Position numbers and translations under genes: made by a program
In this document: positions 38,464-50,400 of the stretch, in pieces
Numbering within the stretch: position 1 is the stretch's first letter
How the letters are laid out: the number at the start of each line of letters is the position of its first letter
The notes under the pieces: model-generated
Databases searched by the model: none
Told to the model about the DNA's origin: nothing
Seen by the model: the letters and a program-made list of their open reading frames with translations, nothing else
DNA from: Phoronis australis
Taxonomy: Eukaryota > Animalia > Phoronida
Length of the DNA stretch: 64,000 bases
Reading direction: 5' to 3'
Assembly (NCBI GenBank): GCA_002633005.1
Contig: NMRA01000134.1
Location: forward strand, 721,012-785,011

Positions 38464-41400
38464 ATGTGTGTGTGCTCCATTTTGATTGATTATGTCTGAC
38501 TGACTCTTAATATATGTGTCGGAGATTTTGTGTGATATGACCGACTACATAAAAATTACGGTGTCACAGTGTATTGTGCGATACTTCCCTAAAACAAATT
38601 CAGTATTGGAGGATGCTGCTGCTGCTGCTGATGCTGCTGCGTCCATTTAAAAAACATAATGCAAGAATGTAAATCTTAAAAGTTGTATTACTTAAAATAT
38701 CTTTTACACACTTCTAGGGGAACAAGCTCGGTGATTTATAAGAAAACTAACTTGATTCATTAAAATTGTTTCAAATCGAAAGGAATTTTACCAAACACTG
38801 AAATAGCATTTTCTGTCATCATATTTTACATAATTGAAATATATTGTTTCACAGGAGTGGTACAAGTGATGGTGTTCCCCAGGTATCACCAGCTTTGGGC
38901 CGCAGGAATAGGGAGACTCGTGATGAGAATGTGTTCAACCGCCTGATTACTAAGGGACAGTCATCTGGCAGTGGCAACAGGTAGTGAAGACTTGGGTTGT
39001 AATCACCTGTGGATTTGTTATGAATAAAATTCATTCTGTTGTTAAAGTTATGTTGAAAGAGCCAATGTGTCGGGGTAAGTGGCCACCTCCTTGACTCAAG
39101 GTCATGGGTGCAAGTCAAATTGAGTCAAATATCTAGCTTCTCAGCTTAGTTTTAAATATACACAAAGCATAAAAATGGTTCCAGGTGATCAGTGCAACGG
39201 GCCAATCTGAACAGCCAGTGCGCGTCTGATACAACTGTTTTTGGCCAACATATCAGTGAGTGCATGATTTCTGGTTTTTCCCCTAACAGTGCATTTTGAC
39301 GTGTGCCTGTACAGTCTGTTATCCACCTGTGTCACCTGATTGGAATATTGTGAACTTTTGTCTTGAGAATGGTTTAGAGAAGATAAACTGAAATGTTCAA
39401 TATGTTGTTGTTTACATTTGCGCTGATTTTAAAGTTTGTATGTCCGATACGACATGTACTAGATTGCCAGCAATTTTTTATATTATGTAGGACCCTAGAA
39501 AAATTCCAGATTTGGCTGATTTTGAAACAGGAAAATGGAATGATAATTTAGAAAACTGTTACAGCTGTTTTGATATTTGATCTTGAACTTTGATATCAAG
39601 TATAATTTGGACAAAAGTCGTGCTGTTCATACCATTGTTTTGCTGTCAAAATGTACTTTTATTTTTTGCTAAATTTTACTGAAGCACGAGACCCAAGTGG
39701 TTGTGGGTTGATGCAAAGTCCAAAATTTGTTTTCTATGTCATGGTTTCATTGGTGGGCAATAAATGTTCTGGCTCTTCTATATTTTCCAATATGCACGTT
39801 TATGTTTGTATAAAGCATGTGCACCCCTTATAGTAAAGAGATTTAATTACTGCTACTACTGGCATGTGTGCAGTTACAGTCTTAACTCTTTGTTGTCATT
39901 ATACAACTAACCAAAGGTAAGAAAAAACTAAGCACTTGTTAAACAGGCAGAGTAATGTTGCTTTCATCTGAACTTTTGTACAAAAGGTCAACTTCTTGTT
40001 TGCTTGCAGAGGCAGAATTACGTCCTTCTCAAGTCGGCTACATTCCAGCAAGAACTGCCCTCTAGTGTGCACACACAGAGCTACTGGTCACACCAAGGCA
40101 GTACTGTCTGTGTGTGCCACGGATGAACTATTGTTCAGCAGTAGTAAAGGTATGCAAAAGTGATGTTTGAATACTGCTGTTTTATGCGCCCACATGTATT
40201 ATGTGGACCCATCTTGCCGTCATCTCTGACCAGGCATTGGCATCTACTCTACTGCTGTATCTCCAAAACCCCTTACAGGATCTCAGTAAAAGTTGGCAGA
40301 TGAGTTGCTGTAGAGATGACAACGGATGATGACTGCTTTCATGGGGATGGTACTTCTGTTGTACCCTCTAGTGGCAGTGTTATTGTTTTAAGTTTGCCTC
40401 TGTGTCTTCGAAGTCCCTCGACGGAGTTTCATGAAATTGGGCAAACAGGTTTCTATCAAGGAGATGACAACTGTTTTCCATTCTCGGACAGATTTGGTGA
40501 ATTTTGCTCTACTTAGTGGCCATTTTTATTATTTACGAATCTGTTTTTGTCGTTCGCCTGCTTCTTTGCCAAGCCGCTTGAAGAATCATGAAAATTGAGA
40601 GATATGCTTTTGCTGAGCAGGCCTTGGCTGACATTGATTTTCAGATGTGTACGTTTACTGTGGCATCCCCTATTGGCAATTTTTGTGCCTGTGGCTGTAT
40701 CTTCGTAACCCTTGCATGATCTTTTTGAAATTTGGCAAATGTTTTTTACGAAAGTTGTAACAGATAACAATCACTTCTGGACCGATTTTGACTATCACTG
40801 TGCCCTCGTGTGGCAATTTTAGGGTTTTTACATTTCTCCCTATATCCTGAGTTCCTTTACAGATTTTCATGAAATTTTGCAAATAGGTTTCTATTAAGAA
40901 GACAACGTTATTTTTCCTTTTTTGGGCAGATTCAATGTATTCTGCGTGGCCGTTGTTGATTTTCAACGGAGTCTGTGTACTGTGGCCGTCTCTAGTGGCA
41001 TTTTTTTGCATCCATGACCATATCTTCTAAACCCTTGGAGGATCCAGGGCTTGGCTCTTTTACGAGAATTCCCTCTTTTTGGATCTGATTTCCTCTTATT
41101 TTATTTCCGGTTTCTTCTTTTTTCGTCTTATTTTTTGTCATCATTTTGTCTTTATTTGAATAAGCAAAAATGTGGATTTCTCTATCACACAAGCTTATTT
41201 ATTTGTGGAACGATACATCTCCTAGAAAAGTTTCCTCTTTTCTCATGTCATTGGTCAGTCCATGCCCTGGCTTCTTGAAATTTTACAAGTGTATTCCCAT
41301 GACTGATAACTGTTGATGACTTCTTTTGGAAAGACCCACGTAATGCTTTACCTCCTAATGGCTATTTTAATTTTTTATGTTTGCCTCTGTATCTTCGGAG

Positions 41401-44400
41401 CTCCTTGACATATTTTGATGAAATTAAGCAATTAGGTTCCTATTTGGATGTGTCCAATGTATTCCTACTGGTAATTTTTATGATACTAACAAACACCCCT
41501 TGAGACATACCATTTGCGGTGCAGTCATGGGCGCATTTCAATGCTTTGCATTGCTCTTGTTAATTTCTTAATATTTGAAGAGTACAGCACACATCACGAA
41601 TTTTTGGCCGACCGGTCGGAAATTGGTCGACGACCGGCCGTCGACCGGTCGTCTAGCCGACCAACAGCCGACCAACAACGGTCGGCTAGGAGCCGTCTAC
41701 TGAGTCGCCTCTGTGGTCGGCACTTGGGTCGGCTAAGTGGTCGCCTAGCGTAGACGACCAATTCGGATTAAGCGTGTCCTTGGTCGGCAATTACCATTTT
41801 ATGACTTAACGGGTGAACTTTGGCCAAACAAACATTTTACTGTTCGCTGTTCGTTCACCACTGGCAACTCAGGTCTTGACATCGGTTTATAAAGTTTTGT
41901 TCAACTATTGAAAGGAAATAAAATCGAATCAACCTACAAATACGAAGTGCGTGACATTACACCAGCCTAAAACTTTATGTTGAATTAATGACGGCGTGGT
42001 AAAATCAAACGTTAAGTGATATCGCGGAAGCATAATTTCTAAATTTAGATATGAGACTTTTTATACAGTACATTTTGCACAAAAACAAGCACGAAATTTG
42101 AAATTTACAGTAAAATTGCATAACAATCAGAATACAACACTCAATACACGACCTCAAGTGTTTTCATGCAGCGGAATGCTCAACAAGCATCACGCATTTG
42201 CGCTCATCCGTTATTGCTCTTGATGATCACTTCATCACGCTGTATATTGCGATTTACCACAGATAATTATTGCTTATTTCTGTATAATTTCTTAATATGT
42301 TGGTACNNNNNNNNNNNNNNNNNNNNNNNNNNNNNNNNNNNNNNNNNNNNNNNNNNNNNNNNNNNNNNNNNNNNNNNNNNNNNNNNNNNNNNNNNNNNNN
42401 NNNNNNNNNNNNNNNNNNNNNNNNNNNNNNNNNNNNNNNNNNNNNNNNNNNNNNNNNNNNNNNNNNNNNNNNNNNNNNNNNNNNNNNNNNNNNNNNNNNN
42501 NNNNNNNNNNNNNNNNNNNNNNNNNNNNNNNNNNNNNNNNNNNNNNNNNNNNNNNNNNNNNNNNNNNNNNNNNNNNNNNNNNNNNNNNNNNNNNNNNNNN
42601 NNNNNNNNNNNNNNNNNNNNNNNNNNNNNNNNNNNNNNNNNNNNNNNNNNNNNNNNNNNNNNNNNNNNNNNNNNNNNNNNNNNNNNNNNNNNNNNNNNNN
42701 NNNNNNNNNNNNNNNNNNNNNNNNNNNNNNNNNNNNNNNNNNNNNNNNNNNNNNNNNNNNNNNNNNNNNNNNNNNNNNNNNNNNNNNNNNNNNNNNNNNN
42801 NNNNNNNNNNNNNNNNNNNNNNNNNNNNNNNNNNNNNNNNNNNNNNNNNNNNNNNNNNNNNNNNNNNNNNNNNNNNNNNNNNNNNNNNNNNNNNNNNNNN
42901 NNNNNNNNNNNNNNNNNNNNNNNNNNNNNNNNNNNNNNNNNNNNNNNNNNNNNNNNNNNNNNNNNNNNNNNNNNNNNNNNNNNNNNNNNNNNNNNNNNNN
43001 NNNNNNNNNNNNNNNNNNNNNNNNNNNNNNNNNNNNNNNNNNNNNNNNNNNNNNNNNNNNNNNNNNNNNNNNNNNNNNNNNNNNNNNNNNNNNNNNNNNN
43101 NNNNNNNNNNNNNNNNNNNNNNNNNNNNNNNNNNNNNNNNNNNNNNNNNNNNNNNNNNNNNNNNNNNNNNNNNNNNNNNNNNNNNNNNNNNNNNNNNNNN
43201 NNNNNNNNNNNNNNNNNNNNNNNNNNNNNNNNNNNNNNNNNNNNNNNNNNNNNNNNNNNNNNNNNNNNNNNNNNNNNNNGGAGTCTGTGTACTGTGGCCG
43301 TCTCTAGTGGCATTTTCGACAGAGTCTGTGTACTGTGGCCGTCTCTAGTGGCATTTTTTTGCATCCATGACCATATCTTCTAAACCCTTGGAGGATCCAG
43401 GGCTTGGCTCTTTTAAGAGAATTCCCTCTTTTTGGATCTGATTTCCTCTTATTTTATTTCCGGTTTCTTCTTTTTTCGTCTTATTTTTTGTCATCATTTT
43501 GTCTTTATTTAAGCAAAAATGTGGATTTCTCTATCGCACAAGCTTATTTATTTGTGGAACGATACATCTCCTAGAAAAGTTTCCTCTTTTCTCATGTCAT
43601 TGGTCAGTCCATGCCCTGGCTTTTTGAAATTTGACAAGTGTATTCCCATGACTGATAACTGTTGATCACTTCTTTTGGAAAGACCCACGTATTGCTTTAC
43701 CTCCTAATGGCTATAATTAATTTTTTATGTTTGCCTCTGTATCTTCAGAGCTCCTTGACATATTTTCATGAAATTAAGCAATTAGGTTCCTATTTGGATG
43801 TGTCCAATGTATTCCTACTGGTAGTTTTTATGATACTAACAAACACCCCTTGAGACATACCATTTGCGGTGCAGTCATGGGCGCATTTCAATGCTTTGCA
43901 TTGCTCTTGCTAATTTGTTAATATTTGAAGAATATGTCCTCATGGGTGCAGTGCACTGCTTTCTATGAGGTCCCTCAGCATATTCACGTTACATTCACTT
44001 TGTTTCACACCATATTCACTCCATGTCACACACTCAAAACCATGAACAAAGAGGCAAAAGACAGTACCAGGATTATTGCCATAGAGCAGCTATATAGGAG
44101 TTGCCATGGTGATGTGTGACTTGATCATGACCAGTTCAGTTTCCCTATAGAAGCATGCTTTTTTAGACAACATTGCCTACAACATAAACCACTTTGGGAA
44201 TTTGTAACTCTATTACAAAGGTTCTAGTATTTTTTATTGCAAGAGATTCACTGATAACGTGACATCTCTTGGTGACTGTTTCTGGTTTAATTAGTTAAAA
44301 ATACAGCTGTTCAAGAACTTTCTACAAAAGGGTTAGATCTATAGCATAACCCCCACAAAAGGGTTGTGCTTGTGTCAAACAAAACTGTAGGAAAGAATGA

Positions 44401-47400
44401 CTTTTTTGACCTTTTCATGGACTAAAGTAAATACGCTCCTTTTTTCGAGTTTACTCTAGGAATGTGTGAGTATCCTAATTTTCCGGCTGTATACCCTGTT
44501 AAAAGAGTCGCATGCCCCTAGGGCTTTTAGCACACACAAGATTGGAAGGGTGACTGTGCTGTCAATGCAATTGGGGTATACTGACAGTCTGAACTTGCTA
44601 TTTGATGTAGTCAGCAGTGTCTCCTGTTACAGGCAGCAAATTATTACCTGTAATTATGGTATAATTGTACTGATGATATTAAATAAGGAAACAATTAGCT
44701 GATCGCGTCAATTTGACTGTGTAGATGGACTAGAGCCTAAGGCCAATGAAGTGAATGGATATAGCTGGAGGGTGCCAGTTTGTGTCAAGAATGTGTAGTT
44801 GTTTAGTTGTGACACCTGAAATCACAGTGTGACAATGAGTTGACACTGAATACAAATCACACGAATCAGCTCTTCTTCCAGACTGTTAAGGATGAAAGTG
44901 TCAGGTGTGATATTGATTGTCAAATGTTATGGTCACATGATCAGTGCCAGATTGTGACTCTCTTTACTGTGCTATAATTGTGAGTGTTAATTGATTGTTA
45001 GTGAGAGACCAGGAAAAGTACTCAACACTTTGCATCACGCTTGAGGTGACTCTAATAAATTTGTGTTTTTAAACGAAAATAGCTTTTCTTCAATTTATCT
45101 TTTGCATTCTTGGAAAATTGAGTTAGTAGTGTGTACAGTGCAATTATTAGTCTGAAAGGTAATGACAGTGTACTATATTGATATGAAATATTGGACCACA
45201 GAGCTGAATATCACAACCATTCTTAAAATGTAAAATTTCAAATTTTTAGTCAGCACACACATTCAGACCTACTTGCACAGGTGTTGTTGTTATTATGTAA
45301 CAGAGTGGTACTTTTCATTTTTATGCGCCCACATATTTATATGTGGACGCATTATGCCGTCATCTCCGTCCGTACGGGCGGCGTCCGTCCGGCGTCCGAT
45401 GCTCTATCTCCAAAACCCTTTGACATATGTTCATGAAATTTGGCACATGTGTTCCATTCATGAATGGGACGGCATGTGCGAACTTTTGGACGGATCCGAC
45501 TACCGGTGTGCCCACTAGTGGCAATTTTAGTTTTTTACGCTTACCTTTGTATCTTCAAAAGTTGTGAACGGATTTTCATGAAATTTGGTATGTAGACACC
45601 TATTAGTGAGATGACGTTATCCTCCCGTTTTCAGATGGATTCGACGTAGTTTGCGCCACCTAGTGGCCATTTTTAGTGTTTTCGAGTCTGTATTTTTGCG
45701 TCCACCCCTCTATCAACCAAACCGCTCAAAGGAAGATTGTGAAAATTGGCATGTATGTGCTTACTATAAAGAAAACAGTTGACAAATATTTTCAGATGAT
45801 TTGGGTTACTGTTGCGCCTCCTAGTGGCAGTTTTTTTTTTTTTGCGCCTATGGCTGTATCTCCTAAACCGTTCGCAGGATCTTTACGAAATTTAATAAGT
45901 GTAACGACTTTTGGACGGATCCGCCTACCATTGTGCCCCCTAGTGGCAATTTTATTTTTTTACGTTTACCTCTGTATCTTCACAAATCCGTAACGGATTT
46001 TCATGAAATTTGGTATGTAGGCACCTATTAGTGCGATGATGCTATCCTCCCGTTTTCGGATGGATTCGACCTAGTTTGCAACACCCAGTGGCCATTTTTA
46101 CTGTTTTTGAGTCTGTTTTTTGGCGTCCACCCCTCTATCAACCAAACCGCTCTAAGTATGATTGTGAAAATTGGCATGTATGTTGTTACTATGAAGAGGA
46201 CGGTTGACGCTGAATTTCACATGACTTTGATTACTGTGGCGCCTCCTAGTGGCAGTTTTTTTCGCGCCCATGGCTGTATCTCCCAAACCGTTTGCAGGAT
46301 CTTTACTAAATTTAGCAAGTGTATTTATGTGATGTTGACAACGGATGATGACGACTTTAGGATGATTCTGACTACCGGTATGCCTCTAGTGGCAATTTAA
46401 GTATTTCACATTGACCTCTGTATTTTCATAGGTCTTCAGGTGTATACTTTGTGTTACTTCGTGACTATAAAGGAAAAGTTCCAAGTAGAAATTTGTTTCT
46501 GGCATTCTAATGCTGTGCTAATCCCGTATGTTGGTAAATTTGTTTTTAATTCTATGTTTCTGTGGTGCTTTAAGCAACTGATGTATAGGATGTGCTTGTA
46601 TTATGAAGATCACTCACATTTTGCCCCTAGCCTATTGAGAAGACAATGACCATGCCTTTCCATTTTGTAAAGTACAACATACTACATATATGCCCTCTAC
46701 TGGCCACTTTATGGTACCAATAAACAACCCTAGAAGGATACCGTATATGGTGCAATTGTGGGCGCATTTCAACGCTCTGCGTTGCTCTTGTTTGTTATGA
46801 AATCCTCATTTTGCTCGCGGGGGAGGGGGGTAGCAGAGTTCAAATTTTGAATGGTTGTTAATTCTTCAGCTGTCATTACAGACCTACAGATGATTGGCCA
46901 TTTAAATTCTACTTGACTGTATGTTTGTCGATTAGGTGACCCCTGAAGGCTTCATGGTGGTGGCTAATAAGAACATTTTGTATTTCTATAGCTGCATGCT
47001 CCCAATAATCCTCTAGAGATATAGTTACAAACTGTTCTCAGCTAAGAGAGGCAATGTCTCATATCAACCTGTAGGATATGGAAAGCAACACTGCAAAATA
47101 CTCATCACCTAATTTCCTCCCCAAAATGTAATTTAGAATAATATATTATTATGTCAGAGTGTGTGAGGTGCCACTGTCTAACTCAATGACTAGCACATGC
47201 AGATTTTTACTGTTGTTGTCCTGCAGACACCACTGCCAAAGTGTGGGACCTCCGCTCAAGCCAGGAGCTGGCCGTGCTGGCTGACCACCCCAATAATGTC
47301 TCCTGCGTCCGCTACTCTGAACAGTCCAAGCTGGCTTTCACTGTCTCCTCCTCGTTTATCAAGGTCTGGGATCTTCGTCAGAACAACAACCAGTGTATAC

Positions 47401-50400
47401 GCACCCTCAAGTAAGTGTGACTCATCACATTCAAGTATGTTTTCCATAGGCAAAAGATACTGTTCAATGAAAGATCAGTATTATGTTAATTGAAAGCTCT
47501 GGTAGTTCAGTATACTGCTCACTGGAAGTTCAGGTGGTTCAGTATATTGTTCATTGAAAGCTCAAGACAGAAGGTTCAGTATACTGTTCAGTGAAAGCTC
47601 GGATGGTTCAGTACACTGTTCAATGAAAGCACAGTCCGGTGGTTGATTATACTGTTTAATGAAAGCTCAGATGGTCCGTTATACTGTTCATTGAAAGCAC
47701 ATACAAATGGTTCAGTATACTGTTCATTGAATGCTCAGATGGTTCAGTATATTGTTCCGTGTAAGCTCAGATGGTTCAGTACAATGTTCAGTTGAAGCTT
47801 AGGTGGTGCAGTATAATGTTCAGTGAAAGTTCAGGTGGTTCAATATACTTTTCAGTGTAAGCTCAGATGGTTCTGTTCAGTGAAAGCACAGATGGTTCAG
47901 TATACTGTTCAAGAAAGCTTAGGGGGTTCAGTAACCGTTCAATAAAAGCACAGTCAAATGGTTCAGTATACTGCTCTATGAAAGCTCAGATGGTTCAGTA
48001 TACTGTTCAGTGAAAATTCAAATGGTTCAGTATACTGTTCAGTCAAAGCACAGGTGGTTCAGTATAATGTTCAATGAAAGCATAGTCAGATGGTTCGTTA
48101 TACGGTTCAATGATAGCTCAGATGATTCACTGTGCTGTTCAGTGGAAGCTCAGATGGTTCAGTATACTCAGCATAGTCAGGTGGTTCAGTATACTGTTCA
48201 AACAGCTTGTTATTGAAAATGACGTATTCTTATTAAAATGACATGGTCAAAAATTGAATTTCAGGCTTTAAAAGTGAGGCCACCTTAATTAATATGGAGG
48301 ACCCTGCCGGGGGATGTCCGAAGAGCAGGTTTTTCCTAAATTAATATAGGTATCCTGGTGGCCGATGAGCGGGGCTTCCATATTAATATAGGCTGCCCCA
48401 CTGCGGCCGCCTTTCGGCAATGCTCTTATATTAATGTAGGTGGCCCCACTTTCGAGGCCCGAAATTAAGTTTCTTGTCATTTTCATAAGAAAAAGTCATT
48501 TCAAATATAATAATAAGCTGTTTTCACTAAAAGCTCAGATGGTTCATCAGTGTACTGTTTTGTTCAGTGAAATTTCAAATGGTTCAGTATATTGTTCAGT
48601 CGAAGCTCAGGTGGTTCAGTATAATTTTCAGTGGAAGCCCAGGTGGTTTTTAGTATGCAGTTCAGTAAAAGCTCAAAAGAATGGTTCAGTAATACTGTTC
48701 AGTGAAAACACCGGTGGTTCATTATACTTTTCAATGAGAGCACAGTCAGGTGGTTCATTGTACTGTTCAATGAGAGCACAGTCAGGTGGTTCATTATACT
48801 GTTCAAGGAGAGCACAGTCAGGTGGTTCATTATACTGTTCAAGGAGAGCACAGTCAGGTGGTTCATTATACTGTTCAAGGAGAGCACAGTCAGGTGGTTC
48901 ATTATACTGTTCAAGGAGAGCACAGTCAGGTGGTTCAGTATGCTGTTCTTTGAAAGCTTGGGTGGTCCACCAGTATACTGTTCAATGGAAGCTTGTGTGG
49001 TTCATCAAGCACTAAGACAAGAAATTTCTTGTATTGAGAAGGGCTTTCTGTTCAATATTAAGGCATGTGAACTGTTCAGTTGTTCCAAACATCTATGAGT
49101 TGGGGTCACTTTTGTAGTTGTGGGTGGTTTAAATTTCTTTTTAATTTATTGTTAGAAGGTGTATTCAATGCAGTTTCAAGCTTTCACTGCCAATACCCTC
49201 TTGTTTAAGTGATCTAAGACCAGTGTGGCTGAGGTGACACTATAATGATAATTGGGAATTTTCTCTTACATTGAATATTCTACGCCTCTTTAGCTCCTAC
49301 ACTAAAAGTTGAAACAACAACTGTTTTGAACTACAAAGTAATGATGTTCATAACACTTACGAGATGCACTTGTGTTCTATGAAATGCAAAAATATCTCAG
49401 AAAACTCTTTGAAAAGGGATAATATAATGAAAGTATCATTTCTGAAGGTCATCACTGAGCACAAAATTACAAACCGTTGCCAATACCCAGGATGATGTAA
49501 TAATGAGCTTAAACTAGTTTTGATTACCATCTAGAACTTAATCATTAAAAATAGCACTTTCAGAATCATTCATCAGCCTCTACTTAGGACACTAATTGGA
49601 GTCCTTTTCATATTGCGCGAAGTGTACACTGTTTGCTTGGCCAAGCAAGAAACGTAGTTGACTACACAAGGTTTTGAATGAAGCTAATTTCATTTTATCC
49701 ATTGTTGAAACAGTGTGTTCCTTTCTGCACCTGCAGTATTAATGTCTATCCAGCAGACCAGACCTAGACTTTGTCACGTGTCAACGTTGAAAATACTGAG
49801 TGTGCGTTTCTGAAGAAGGACTTGAAACAGAAATAAAACATTCTGTATTAAAAATGTGCTCAGTTTTATATTTATTAATTAGTTGTGTACGTGTGCATAT
49901 CCATAGCATATATATTATGTACATATACATATACATATATATATAACAGATTATTACATGGCGTAGTCGTTATCCCCCTGTTATCTAGAGCCAGAGTGGA
50001 TTTTGGAGAATTATTGCCCGAGGGGCGTTAGCCCCGAGGGTGATAATTCTCCAAAATCCACGAGGGCTCTAGATAAGGGGGATAATGACTGAGAACATGT
50101 AATAATCTATTTATACCACATACTGAACAAGAAACATTGCAATGAATCGATCTACCTTTCTCTACTCACCTCGGCTTTGTAACTACTTTCTGTGTCAGAG
50201 GCCCGGGGTCGGAGGTCGTGACCTTTTAAGAAAAGCCGAGCTATTTTTGTCAAATAATTCTTAAACTCAAAACCAATTGAAAATTTAAACAAAATAGAAA
50301 TAAAGTGAATCTATAAATTAAGGTTTAGCAACTATTATAGCTTACTACACATTTTATCATGCTAAGCTTCGACCGGGAAAATATCTTCTGCTAAAGTAGG

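Noticed and set aside
42166-43383. Three long ORFs (336-405 aa) in the ORF track
   Set aside because: Artefacts of translating through the N gap.
47455-49010. CRISPR-like array of about 32-36 bp partly palindromic repeats
   Set aside because: Units are head to tail without unique spacers, there are no cas genes and the context is a eukaryotic intron.
48440-49015. 191-aa ORF with [12 protein letters not shown] repeats
   Set aside because: Translation of the 36-bp satellite; no splice or homology support.
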